A DNA stretch of 34,309 nucleotides from Clostridiales bacterium (lineage in GTDB: Bacteria; Bacillota; Sulfobacillia; UBA995), in NCBI GenBank assembly GCA_003517845.1, contig DOZU01000206.1:1-34309 (forward strand), written 5' to 3'. A model generated the notes under the pieces. That model was not told where the DNA came from and ran no database searches. It saw only the letters and a program-made list of their open reading frames with translations. The translations under genes and the position numbers were made by a program. Positions 8,462 through 17,496 of the stretch are shown here, piece by piece. The stretch's first letter is position 1, and each line of letters begins with the position of its first letter.

Positions 8462-9025
8462 ATGGCTCCGTTCGCGGTCAATATTGACTTGAATACGGGC
8501 CACATTGGGCCGCCCGCCCGGGCGCTCACCCGCCGCCTCAGCGATCTGCGGGGGCTCTTCTGCGATGAGGCAGCCTACAGTGCGCTGACGGCGGCGGGGG
8601 ATCCGGTGGTCTATGAAGTGTACGAAGTCCGGGTGCCCGAGGAAGACGGCCATCTCCTGTCCTGCACCACCATAATCCACCCTGGCCAGGTGGGCCGGGA
8701 ATACTTCTTCACCAAGGGCCATTATCACCTCAGCGAACCCCGGGCGGAGATCTACACCTGCCTGCGGGGTGAAGGCTACCTGCTGCTCGGGAACCGTGAG
8801 GGTGAAAGCCGGAGCATCGTCATGATCCCGGGGGTATCGGCCTACATACCGCCTTACTGGGCGCACCGCACCCTGAACACGGGGAGCCATCCCTTCATCT
8901 TCCACGGGGTGTGGCCGGGCGACTCCGGGCACGACTACGGCAGCATTGAGCAGGCAGGGTTCCCCTTGCGGGTTTTTGAAGAGCGGGGCCGACCGGCAGT
9001 AAAGGCTTCGGCGGGCCCTTGCTGA
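8462..9025 (+). CDS. pgiA: cupin-type glucose-6-phosphate isomerase (archaeal-type cPGI family)
   Basis: MAPFAVNIDLNTG...RRLSDL...DPVVYEVYEV...FFTKGHYH...AEIYTCLRGEG...YIPPYWAHRTLNTG...PGDSGHDYGSIEQAGF. This aligns by eye along the full length of Pyrococcus-type cupin PGI as I recall it. That alignment favours the ATG at 8462 over the TTG at 8444. Confidence 0.8.
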   Translation: MAPFAVNIDLNTGHIGPPARALTRRLSDLRGLFCDEAAYSALTAAGDPVVYEVYEVRVPEEDGHLLSCTTIIHPGQVGREYFFTKGHYHLSEPRAEIYTCLRGEGYLLLGNREGESRSIVMIPGVSAYIPPYWAHRTLNTGSHPFIFHGVWPGDSGHDYGSIEQAGFPLRVFEERGRPAVKASAGPC

Positions 9026-9047
9026 AGGAGAGGAGAAGAGGATCGGC

Positions 9048-9698
9048 ATGCAAGAGCAACTGCTGCGGGCGATCGGGGAGTGCGGGGCGGTCGCGATCAT
9101 CCGCCGGGTGCCCCCGCCGGCCGCGGAGCGTATCGCCGCCGCCTTGAGGGCCGGGGGCTTGCCTCTGGTAGAGATAACCATGGACAGCGAGGATGCCCCC
9201 GGGGTCATCGCACGACTGATCCGGGACTCGGAGTCGGGGAGCTTCATCGGCGCGGGCACGGTGCTGGATGCAGCCGCGGCCCGGGAGGCCATCGCCGCCG
9301 GCGCCCACTTCCTGGTGGCGCCTAACCTGGACCATGGGGTGATCGAGACCGGCCTGCGCTACGGCAGGGTGGTCATACCGGGAGTGCTGACGCCGACGGA
9401 GATCGTGACGGCCCTGCAGGCCGGGGCGCAGATCGTGAAGGTGTTTCCGGCGGGCAGCCTGGGACCCGAATACATCCGGCAGGTAAGGGCACCGCTCCCT
9501 CAGGCCAAGATCATGGCGACGGGAGGGGTGAGCGCCGACAACGCCGGCGACTTCATCCGCGCCGGGGCTTTCGCGGTGGGGCTGGGCGGCAAGCTGGTCG
9601 ACGCCCGGGCGGCAGCCGAGGGCAGATACGAGGCGATTACGGCCGCCGCAGCGGCGGTGCTGGCCGCGGTGCGTTCGGCCCGTCCCGCCTCCGGCTAG
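9048..9698 (+). CDS. eda: 2-dehydro-3-deoxy-phosphogluconate (KDPG)/KHG-type aldolase
   Basis: AVAIIR...GGLPLVEITMDS...GAGTVLD...GAHFLVAPNLD...PGVLTPTEI...IVKVFPA. This is the Eda/DgoA class I aldolase pattern. Confidence 0.8.
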   Translation: MQEQLLRAIGECGAVAIIRRVPPPAAERIAAALRAGGLPLVEITMDSEDAPGVIARLIRDSESGSFIGAGTVLDAAAAREAIAAGAHFLVAPNLDHGVIETGLRYGRVVIPGVLTPTEIVTALQAGAQIVKVFPAGSLGPEYIRQVRAPLPQAKIMATGGVSADNAGDFIRAGAFAVGLGGKLVDARAAAEGRYEAITAAAAAVLAAVRSARPASG

Positions 9699-9741
9699 CT
9701 GAGCCGGAGCAGATCCGCCTGCCCCGCGGGGCGCCGCGAGC

Positions 9742-10989
9742 ATGAAGATTTTCGCAGCAGCAGGAGTTGTTGCTTCCAGGACGAAGTCGCTGCCCATGGC
9801 TCGTAAGCCCTGGTGGGGACGAATTGGTGTCTTCCGATTGCCCCGCGGCATCCTGTTACTCGGCCTGGTGAGCTTCCTGACCGACCTGTCCAGCGAGACG
9901 ATCCTGCCCCTGCTCCCGCTGCATCTGGCGGCGCTGGGAGCCACCGGCGTAGCCGTCGGCCTGGTGAGCGGATTGGGCGATGCCGCGGCAGACCTGCTGA
10001 AAGTCTTCGCCGGGTACGCCGGCGATCGAACCGGCCGCAAGCGACCGCTCGTCCTGGCCGGTTATGCTCTGTCGGCCCTGGGCAAGTTCCTGTTTCCGCT
10101 GGCGGCGACCTGGCAGCAGTTCCTGGTGTTCCGCCCCCTCGAACGCCTGGGCAAAGGCCTCCGTTCGGCGCCGCGAGACGCCATCATCACCGACCTGGCG
10201 GACCCGCAGGCACTGGGCTTGGCCTTCGGCTTCCACCGCGCCGCCGACACCGCCGGCGCCATCGCCGGCACGGTCCTGGGGATCGCGCTGATCGGGTGGA
10301 TGCAACTGGAAATCCGCACCGTCCTGTTCATCGGCGCGGCGTTAGCCCTGGCGGCGGTGCCCTGGTTGTTCCTGCTGCGAGAGCAGGTCCGGCCGCCCGT
10401 CAACCGCTCGCTCGCCCTGCACATCTCCTCGCTGCCGCGACCTGCCCGCCGCTTGCTGGCTGTGGGCGCCGTGTTCGGCCTCGGCAAGGTCGGGTACATG
10501 TTCTACCTCCTCAAGGTCTCCGGGCACTTCGCGGGACCGATGGCCACCTTGGCCCCCCTCCTCCTCTACCTCTGGTTCAACCTGATCTATACCGTAGCCG
10601 CCGTCCCGGCGGGCCGGTGGTCGGATCGGTCGGGGCGCCGCCCGGTGCTGTCGGCCGGCCTGGTCCTGCTCGCTTTGGCCAGCCTGGGGGTCGGGTATTC
10701 GACGGCGGTCCTCCCGCTGGTCGCGGCCTTCGGCATGTACGGTGTGGCGAACGGTCTGCTCGAAGGCAACTTCCGCGCTTACCTGGGGGATCTCAGTCCC
10801 GACGCCAGCCGGGGAACGGCTATGGGGCTATTCCACACCGTGTCCGGGTTGGCTGCCTTGGCCGGAGGGCTGGTGGCGGGGCTCCTGTGGGACCGTCTGG
10901 GGGGCCCGGCGCCCTTCGTCTGGGGTGCCGTCCTGTGCCTGGCTGCCGCCTGCATGTTGACCAGGGTCACTCCGGTCGCCCGGCAGTGA
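9742..10989 (+). CDS. MFS transporter
   Basis: About 12 hydrophobic segments, with DRTGRKRPL and DRSGRRPVL loop motifs (MFS signature between TM2/3 and TM8/9). The start is uncertain (ATG 9742 or 9796). Confidence 0.8.
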   Translation: MKIFAAAGVVASRTKSLPMARKPWWGRIGVFRLPRGILLLGLVSFLTDLSSETILPLLPLHLAALGATGVAVGLVSGLGDAAADLLKVFAGYAGDRTGRKRPLVLAGYALSALGKFLFPLAATWQQFLVFRPLERLGKGLRSAPRDAIITDLADPQALGLAFGFHRAADTAGAIAGTVLGIALIGWMQLEIRTVLFIGAALALAAVPWLFLLREQVRPPVNRSLALHISSLPRPARRLLAVGAVFGLGKVGYMFYLLKVSGHFAGPMATLAPLLLYLWFNLIYTVAAVPAGRWSDRSGRRPVLSAGLVLLALASLGVGYSTAVLPLVAAFGMYGVANGLLEGNFRAYLGDLSPDASRGTAMGLFHTVSGLAALAGGLVAGLLWDRLGGPAPFVWGAVLCLAAACMLTRVTPVARQ

Positions 10990-11090
10990 GGCAAGACCTT
11001 CATGCTCATCGGGGTACCCCGGGGCAGGAAAGCCACGGGTCGGCGGTAGCCCTCATTGTCGCGGCAGGGCAGGTCGCGTCCATATTGGCG

Positions 11091-11139
11091 GTAGGGGCCC
11101 CGGTCATACCCATCGGGCGGGTTCGGAACCCGCCCCTAC
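11091..11139. repeat. REP-like hairpin, second copy, 5' arm apparently split
   Basis: Core GGGCGGGTTCGGAACCCGCCCCTAC spans 11115-11139 and differs from 482-506 only in the loop. GTAGGGG at 11091-11097 looks like the displaced outer 5' arm, separated by about 17 nt. The element lies between convergent genes and contains the DinB stop codon. Confidence 0.6.
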
Positions 11140-11609
11140 AGTGGAGGCCAGGCTCCGGCCAGGCGCAGTAGCGCGACCAGTTGGCCCAGGTGATAGGCGT
11201 TGTGGATGATCAGCGCCTGGTAGGTCCAACCCAGCGTGTCCTTGGGCCAACTCGGCACCGGATCGGCCGGTTCCAGCCGTTCGAGTAGCGCCGAGGCTCG
11301 CTCCACGGCATCGAGCAGGCGCTCGGCCATGGCCTTCCATCCCGACGGCCCCTGGAACTCCGCGGGTACTTGCCAGGTAGAGGCAAGATCCTGCGGCCAC
11401 TCCTTCGGCTCGTTCGCCAGGCAGGCGGTGAGCACCTCCGCCCAGACGAGGATGTGGTAAAGGCATTCCCGGGCAGTGTTGGGCATCCCCGGCCAGCGGC
11501 GGTCGGCGCTCTCGCCGGGGTCCGCGCCGAGGATGCGGGGCAGCGGCAAATGGCCCTCCGCACCCTGGAGACCCTTCCGGATGGATTCCTTCCAGGCGTC
11601 GCTATTCAT
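11136..11609 (-). CDS. DinB-family (four-helix-bundle metal-binding) protein
   Basis: ECLYHILVWAEV...TYQALIIHNAYHLGQLVALLR. The His-containing helices are typical of the DinB/YfiT-like family. Confidence 0.7.
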   Translation of the reverse strand: MNSDAWKESIRKGLQGAEGHLPLPRILGADPGESADRRWPGMPNTARECLYHILVWAEVLTACLANEPKEWPQDLASTWQVPAEFQGPSGWKAMAERLLDAVERASALLERLEPADPVPSWPKDTLGWTYQALIIHNAYHLGQLVALLRLAGAWPPL

Positions 11610-11951
11610 GGCTGAAGTATATCACCAGATCCGCCCCTTGCGGCAGCACTCCGTCAAGGATTACCGGCGGCGCGCGTTTCCCTCGAGCAGGGCTGACACG
11701 GCGATGTCCTCGCCTACATCTTGAGTTGCTCTCATTCCTGAAGTTTCCTGGAGGATCCCTTTTTCTGCAAGGGTACTGCCTCCCGCGTGACGATGTCAAC
11801 GAGTCCGGCGCAGCCCCTTTCGGACGGGGTTGCTCGTTGCGGCTTCCAGGGAGATTGGTGGGTGAGGGCGAATGTCCCAGGGGCAGTCCAGCCCGCTTTG
11901 GCGCGCGCAGCCGGCAGGCAGGCAATCGGCAGGATGGGGAGGAGTTGGGAC

Positions 11952-14759
11952 ATGGTTGACCGCACCCGGCGGGAAGCGGATGGTCCGGCGTGGCATTGCC
12001 TTGATGCCGAGGAGACCCTTACCCGCCTGGATACGGGTCCGGGCGGACTTGGCGCCGGTGAGGCGGCGCGTCGCCTGGCCCAGCACGGTCCCAATGAGTT
12101 GGCCGACCGCGGAGCCCGGCACCCGGCACGGCTGTTTCTCGAGCAGTTCACCTCATTGATGGTGGTCATATTGCTGGGGGCGGCGGGCCTGTCGGTCGCC
12201 CTCGGCAAGCTGCTTGAGGCCGGGGCCATCCTGGCCATCGTTTTCCTGTTCGCCGTGCTGGGCTTCGTGCAGGAGTACCGGGCGGAGCGGGCCATCGCTG
12301 CCCTCAAGCGGCTGGCGGTCCCCTGGGTGCGCGTCACCCGGGACGGGCGCCAGCAAGCGATCTCGGCGGCGGCGCTGGTGCCCGGCGACCTGGTTTCGCT
12401 TGAGACCGGCAACTTCGTGCCGGCCGACCTGCGCCTGCGCGAGACGGTCAATCTCAGGGTTCAAGAAGCGGCGCTCACCGGCGAATCGGAGCCGGTGGAG
12501 AAAGACGCGGTCAGCCTGACCGATCCCGCTCTCCCCCTCGGCGACCGCAGGAACCTCGCCTACCGGGGCACAGTGGTGAGTTACGGGCGGGGCGAGGGGG
12601 TGGTGGTAGCCACCGGCATGGACACCGAACTCGGCCGCATCGCCGGCCTGCTCCAGGAAGTACGGGACGAGGCCACTCCCCTGCAGCGGCGGATTGAGCG
12701 TGTCGGTAAGCTGCTGGCGGCGGGAGGCACGGTGGTGGCCGTGCTGGTCATGGCGGCCGGTTTGCTGGCGGGAGAGCCCTGGGAGGTGATGGTCCTCGCC
12801 GCCATCAGCGTGGCGGTGGCCGTCGTCCCCGAGGGCTTGCCGGCGGTGCTCACTTTCACCCTGGCCCTGGCCACCCAGCGCATGCTCCGCCGCAACGCCC
12901 TCATCCGGCGGCTGCCGGCCGTGGAGACCCTGGGGTCGGTGACGACCATCTGCTCGGACAAGACGGGTACGCTCACCGAGAACCGCATGACGGTAACCAT
13001 ATTGGACGTGGCCGGCCACCGCCTGGATCTCGTCGAGACCATGCGCCGGCGCATGCCGGCGGTGGAGCCGGGCAGGTCCGAAGCTGGCGGCTTCTCCGCG
13101 ATCGGCCTGGTCCTGGCCGGCGGCGCCCTGTGCAACGACGCGGTGCTGCAAGCTGAAGCCCGACCCGGGCACTTCCACGCTCTGGGCGATCCCACCGAGG
13201 GGGCGTTGCTGGTCGCGGCCGTTCATGGCGGGATGAGCAAGGCGGACCTCGAGCGGGTCATGCCCCGGGTGGGGGAGTTGCCTTTTGACTCCGACCGCAA
13301 GCGGATGACCACCGTTCACCGTCGCCCCGGTGCCGGCGCCGAGGTGCCATCCCCGGTGCTGGCGGCGTGGGGGGAGGGCGGTCTCGCGCCGGATTGCCCG
13401 CATATAGTCGTCACCAAGGGGGCGGTTGACCGGATCCTCGAGGTCACGGAACGGGTATGGGATGGCGATGGTCCGGTATCCCTCGACGCCGACTTCCGGA
13501 GACGGATCCAGGCTGCCCATGAGGACCTGGCCGACGACGGCATGCGGGTGCTGGGAGTGGCCTTTCGGCCGGCAGCGCGGGATGTCCCGGCCCACGAACT
13601 CGAGCGGGGCCTCATCTTCCTGGGAATGGTGGGGATGATCGATCCGCCGCGGCCAGAAGTTCGCGCCGCTATCGCCACCTGCAAGGCTGCCGGCATCCGT
13701 CCGGTGATGATCACCGGCGACCATCCCCTGACCGCAGCGACCATCGCCCGCGACCTGGGGATCGGGAGCGACGGCAGTCCGCTTACCGGAGCCATCCTCG
13801 ACGGGATGGGGGATGAAGAGCTGGAGCGCATCGCCGAGCAGACGGCGGTGTACGCCCGCGTGAGCCCCGAGCACAAGCTGCGAATCGTCCGGGCCCTCCG
13901 CCGCCGGGGCCACGTGGTCGCCATGACCGGGGATGGGGTGAACGACGCGCCGGCCTTGCGGCTGGCCGACATCGGGGTGGCCATGGGGGTGACGGGGACG
14001 GACGTCACCCGGGAGGCGGCCGACATCGTGCTGCGCGATGACAACTTCGCGACCATCGTCGCCGCCGTTGAGGAAGGTCGAACGGTATACGACAATATCC
14101 GGCGCTTCGTGAAGTTCGCAGTAGCCGGCAACATCGGCAAGGTTGGGGCCATGCTGCTGTGGCCGATGTTGTCCGCCGCCGCGGGCGCACCGCCCGGGTC
14201 CGCCGTCGCCCTGCTGCCCCTGCAACTCCTCTGGCTGAACCTCATGACCGATGGGCTGCTGGGCATGTCCATGGGCCGGGAACCGGCGGAGGAGAACGTG
14301 ATGGCCCGGCCGCCCAACCCACCGCGAGCCGGACTCTTCACCGGCACCGGCTGGCATGTCCTGTGGGTCGGCGGCTTCATCGGCGCCACCTCCTTGGCCG
14401 TCGGCGCGTGGTACTACGGGCGGGGGCTCGAGCAGTGGCAGACCATGATCTTCACCACTATGGGCTTGACTCAGGTATTCCATGCCCTCGTGACCCGTTC
14501 CGCGTACCGGTCCATCTTTCGGATGAGTCCCGTGAGTAATCCGCTGCTACTGCTCATCGTCCCCCTGGTAGTCGCCATGCAGTTGGCTGCAGTCTACCTC
14601 CCCTTCCTGCGGGAGGTGCTGCTGCAACTGGTGCCGCTTTCCGGGCCTGACCTGGCGGTGAGCGCGGCCGTCAGTGCCTCTTTACTGGCAGCGGTGGAGT
14701 TCGAGAAGCTGTTCATCCGCCGGAGGCGGCAGGGCGAGGCGGGTGTCCCGGGATGTTGA
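11952..14759 (+). CDS. P-type cation-transporting ATPase, P2A (Ca2+-ATPase-like)
   Basis: CSDKTGTLTENRM phosphorylation motif, PEGLPAVLT (M4), MITGDHPLTA, MTGDGVNDAPAL and NLMTDGLLG (M6). GGGGAGGAG lies 7 nt before the ATG at 11952, whereas the ORF-track start at 11787 adds 55 non-conserved residues. Confidence 0.9.
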   Translation: MVDRTRREADGPAWHCLDAEETLTRLDTGPGGLGAGEAARRLAQHGPNELADRGARHPARLFLEQFTSLMVVILLGAAGLSVALGKLLEAGAILAIVFLFAVLGFVQEYRAERAIAALKRLAVPWVRVTRDGRQQAISAAALVPGDLVSLETGNFVPADLRLRETVNLRVQEAALTGESEPVEKDAVSLTDPALPLGDRRNLAYRGTVVSYGRGEGVVVATGMDTELGRIAGLLQEVRDEATPLQRRIERVGKLLAAGGTVVAVLVMAAGLLAGEPWEVMVLAAISVAVAVVPEGLPAVLTFTLALATQRMLRRNALIRRLPAVETLGSVTTICSDKTGTLTENRMTVTILDVAGHRLDLVETMRRRMPAVEPGRSEAGGFSAIGLVLAGGALCNDAVLQAEARPGHFHALGDPTEGALLVAAVHGGMSKADLERVMPRVGELPFDSDRKRMTTVHRRPGAGAEVPSPVLAAWGEGGLAPDCPHIVVTKGAVDRILEVTERVWDGDGPVSLDADFRRRIQAAHEDLADDGMRVLGVAFRPAARDVPAHELERGLIFLGMVGMIDPPRPEVRAAIATCKAAGIRPVMITGDHPLTAATIARDLGIGSDGSPLTGAILDGMGDEELERIAEQTAVYARVSPEHKLRIVRALRRRGHVVAMTGDGVNDAPALRLADIGVAMGVTGTDVTREAADIVLRDDNFATIVAAVEEGRTVYDNIRRFVKFAVAGNIGKVGAMLLWPMLSAAAGAPPGSAVALLPLQLLWLNLMTDGLLGMSMGREPAEENVMARPPNPPRAGLFTGTGWHVLWVGGFIGATSLAVGAWYYGRGLEQWQTMIFTTMGLTQVFHALVTRSAYRSIFRMSPVSNPLLLLIVPLVVAMQLAAVYLPFLREVLLQLVPLSGPDLAVSAAVSASLLAAVEFEKLFIRRRRQGEAGVPGC

Positions 14760-16375
14760 CCATGCGAGAGGCTCTGAACATAGGAGCGCTGAACCGCGCG
14801 CGTCTCGTCGCGGGGGCCGCCGGCCTGGACCGGGAAGTGGGCTATGTGGATGTGCTCGAGGTGCCGGACGCCGAGGGCTGGTTCCGGCCGCATCTCCTGG
14901 TGCTGACTACCGCTTACGCGGTGCGCGACGATGCCGGAGCCCAGCTCCGGCTGGTAGAGGGGTTGGGGAGGGCGGGGGCCGCCGGCCTGGCGGTCAAGGT
15001 CGGGCGTTTTCTCACCGTCGTCCCTCAGGAGATGTGTGAGGCCGCGGACAGCGCGGGACTGCCCCTCCTGGAGATTCCGGCTGATATAGCCTATGTGGAC
15101 ATAACCCATCCTTTGCTGGGGGCGATCATCAGCCGACAGACCCTGCAGCTCCAGTATTCCGCCAGCGTCCGCGGCCAGTTCACCCGTATGGTACTGGAGG
15201 GCCACGGGCTTGAGGCGGTCGCGGCCGAACTGGCCCGGCTGGTTAACGGCCTGGTGGTGATAGTGGGTGAGGAGGATCGGCTGTTAGCTTCGGCTTCAGC
15301 CTTGCCGGGCGACCCGGGTACTCCGGCGCAACCGGGCGCGGCCGGGGAGCGGGAGACGGCGGGCGAGATGGCAGGGCTACAGGTAACCACGGTACCGGTT
15401 TCGGTGAAAGGCATCCGCTATGGTCAGTTGCGGACCTGTACGCGGCAGGCACTCAGTGAACTGGAACGTATGGCGGTGGACCATGCCGTGACGGTGACCG
15501 CCATCGAACTGATCAAGGGAAGGGCGGTACAGGAAGCGGAACGGCGGCTGGCCCAGGATTTCGTGGAGGACCTGATCGCGGGGAACCTACTTGAGCGCGA
15601 CCTGGTCCATAGCCGGGCGGCGGCGATGGGCATCAATACCGGCAAGCGCTTGGCGGTAATGATCGCCGACATCGATGCCTTCGCCGATTTCATTCGCCGA
15701 CACGGTTTGAGCGAGGTCGATGCCCAGGAAACGAAGGGTCAGTTGTTCGCCGCCGCTCGCCGCGCGATTGCCCGCCTTGGCAAGCGGGCGGTCGTCGTGA
15801 GCCGCAGCGACAGCGTCCTTTGCTTCGTCACGCCCGATGCTCAGGGGGATGAAGCGGGGGGTCGCGCCGAGATCACGGCAATCGCCCGCGAGATCCAACG
15901 GCAACTGGAGCGAAGTGCCGAAGGGGTGACCGTGTCCATCGGGCTGAGCACGCTTTGCACCGACCTCCTTGAGCTGGGTGACAAGTGCCGTGAGGCCCGC
16001 AAGGCGCTAGAGATTGGACGGTTGGCGGGTGGCAGGGGTGGAATCCACCACTATCAGGGTTTGGCCCTGCAACGGTTCCTGCACGATATGGGCGCGTCGG
16101 CTGAAGCCAAGGCCTTCTGCCGCCGGGTGCTGGGCGGAGTGCTCGACTACGACGAGGCCCACGGCACGTCCCTGCTGAGGACCCTGCAGGTCTTCCTCGA
16201 GGAAAAAGGCGTGGTAACCGCCACGGCGGACCGGCTGTTCGTCCATCGTAACACGCTCAGCTATCGTCTACAGCGGGCAAGCGCTTTGTCAGGCAGGGAT
16301 CTCGCCGACGGGGATGCCCGCTTTGAACTGCTACTGGCGATGAAGCTGCTGCCCTTCGTCCAGGCGGTCATTTAG
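14753..16375 (+). CDS. PucR-family transcriptional regulator
   Basis: N-terminal PucR-like domain (REALNIGALNRARLVAGAAGLDREV..VDVLEVPD) and C-terminal HTH (TATADRLFVHRNTLSYRLQRA). The start overlaps the ATPase stop. Confidence 0.85.
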   Translation: MLTMREALNIGALNRARLVAGAAGLDREVGYVDVLEVPDAEGWFRPHLLVLTTAYAVRDDAGAQLRLVEGLGRAGAAGLAVKVGRFLTVVPQEMCEAADSAGLPLLEIPADIAYVDITHPLLGAIISRQTLQLQYSASVRGQFTRMVLEGHGLEAVAAELARLVNGLVVIVGEEDRLLASASALPGDPGTPAQPGAAGERETAGEMAGLQVTTVPVSVKGIRYGQLRTCTRQALSELERMAVDHAVTVTAIELIKGRAVQEAERRLAQDFVEDLIAGNLLERDLVHSRAAAMGINTGKRLAVMIADIDAFADFIRRHGLSEVDAQETKGQLFAAARRAIARLGKRAVVVSRSDSVLCFVTPDAQGDEAGGRAEITAIAREIQRQLERSAEGVTVSIGLSTLCTDLLELGDKCREARKALEIGRLAGGRGGIHHYQGLALQRFLHDMGASAEAKAFCRRVLGGVLDYDEAHGTSLLRTLQVFLEEKGVVTATADRLFVHRNTLSYRLQRASALSGRDLADGDARFELLLAMKLLPFVQAVI

Positions 16376-17319
16376 GCCGGCGACGCATCCCTGCCGGGTG
16401 AGTTCAGGTGAGACATACTGCCGTAGATGGCCTGCAGCCGGTCGAACTCGCCGGCGTCATGGAAGCGGCAACGACCGGCGGTGAAGGCCTTGGCAACTTC
16501 CAGACAGAACCTCACCGCGGCCTCGATGTCCACAACTTGGCTGGCGCCGGTGGCCGGGCCGGGGACGGCCGCCTCCGCGGTGAGGGCTACCCCGACCACC
16601 GGAACGTTGCAGGCAGTGGCAGGCTGTAGGATGCTGTTAATGTGCCGGAGGCCGTTGGCGTAAGGGGTGATATCCTGAGTTGCCAGGGGGCAAACCGCGG
16701 GCAACTGTCCGGTAACCTGCTGCATGATATCCAGGAGGTCGTCGGCCGGCGGCAGGATGAAACCTTCTCTCACCGTGGGGGTGATGGCGAATCCCCTCCG
16801 GTTGATGATCCGGTTGCCGCGGGTAGTATCGACGGACAGGATGGCATCCATGGCCGGATCCACTTCGTGCCGCACCAGGGTAGCTGTGTCCACCGGCGAT
16901 CCCATGAACGGCACCGGGTGCCGCGGCAGGGTCGGGGCACTGGGACAGATATGCGTGGTGATGATCACGTCCCCGGCGAGCGCATCGCCTTCAGCAGCCA
17001 TATCCGCGAGTTTCAGGGCCGACGCCAGTGCGACCACCGCGCCATCGGCATCGGACACCAGGCCGATCAAGGCGGGGCGTGCGCCCACGCCGCCCAAGCG
17101 GCCGATTATCCCGAGCGTTGGGGCAGTTCCGCCCCGCTGCCGGCCATCGCTGCCCGGCACGACGACCTTGAGGAAGTCGGTGCCGGATCCTTCGCCCCCC
17201 AGGCGCAGGGTGGTGATATCCTTGAGACCGCGGGCACTCAGCCGGGACGCGACCAACTTACCCCCAGCCCGGGGCGTATCCAGCATATCCCAGGCATCCA
17301 GGACCTGCCGCATTGCCAC
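16372..17319 (-). CDS. DUF1177-family protein
   Basis: GSGTDFLKVVVPG...APTLGIIGRLGGVGARPALIGLVSDADGAVVALA...DVIITTHICPSAPT...PVPFMGSPV matches my memory of DUF1177 proteins. AGGGAGGGA lies 6 nt before the GTG at 17319. Confidence 0.65.
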   Translation of the reverse strand: MAMRQVLDAWDMLDTPRAGGKLVASRLSARGLKDITTLRLGGEGSGTDFLKVVVPGSDGRQRGGTAPTLGIIGRLGGVGARPALIGLVSDADGAVVALASALKLADMAAEGDALAGDVIITTHICPSAPTLPRHPVPFMGSPVDTATLVRHEVDPAMDAILSVDTTRGNRIINRRGFAITPTVREGFILPPADDLLDIMQQVTGQLPAVCPLATQDITPYANGLRHINSILQPATACNVPVVGVALTAEAAVPGPATGASQVVDIEAAVRFCLEVAKAFTAGRCRFHDAGEFDRLQAIYGSMSHLNSPGRDASPA

Positions 17320-17496
17320 ACGGCTTCCCTCCCTGAATCGGTCAGACTGCAAGTCCATTGTAACCCCGGTCGAGGGTAGCCGGTACGGGCAGCGAATCTA
17401 AACCGGGCCGCCGATCCCTGTGCAGCCTGCCCGAGTCACCGGATTGCTTGGGCAGCCGGCACACGTCTGGGCGACAACTTTCGTGCGCCCCGGCCA

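Noticed and set aside
11011-11022. Short GC palindromes such as CGGGGTACCCCG (and CCCGCGGG/CCCCGGGG near 25090-25115) as terminators
   Set aside because: They are loop-less self-complementary GC runs with no T-tract, and these are common by chance in DNA this GC-rich.
8333-11171. Large alternative-frame ORFs (8333-9292 -, 8895-10040 -, 9813-11171 +)
   Set aside because: They overlap the cPGI, Eda and MFS genes, which carry clear family motifs. The 452-aa plus-strand ORF is simply the MFS gene read in another frame (Pro/Arg/Gly-rich).
11610-11951. Possible M-box or yybP-ykoY riboswitch ahead of the ATPase
   Set aside because: Only short, loose resemblances are present (GGTGGGTGAGGGCG...AATGTCC versus the M-box GGTGAGGCT...AATGTCC). 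The only GGGGAG(G)AG match is the RBS. The conserved helices could not be reconstructed by eye. I kept it only as a generic structured-leader finding.
12153-14483. 776-aa ORF on the minus strand
   Set aside because: It is antisense to the P-type ATPase, whose diagnostic motifs (DKTGTLT, TGDGVNDAPAL) are unambiguous on the plus strand. Its composition is typical of a GC-rich shadow ORF.
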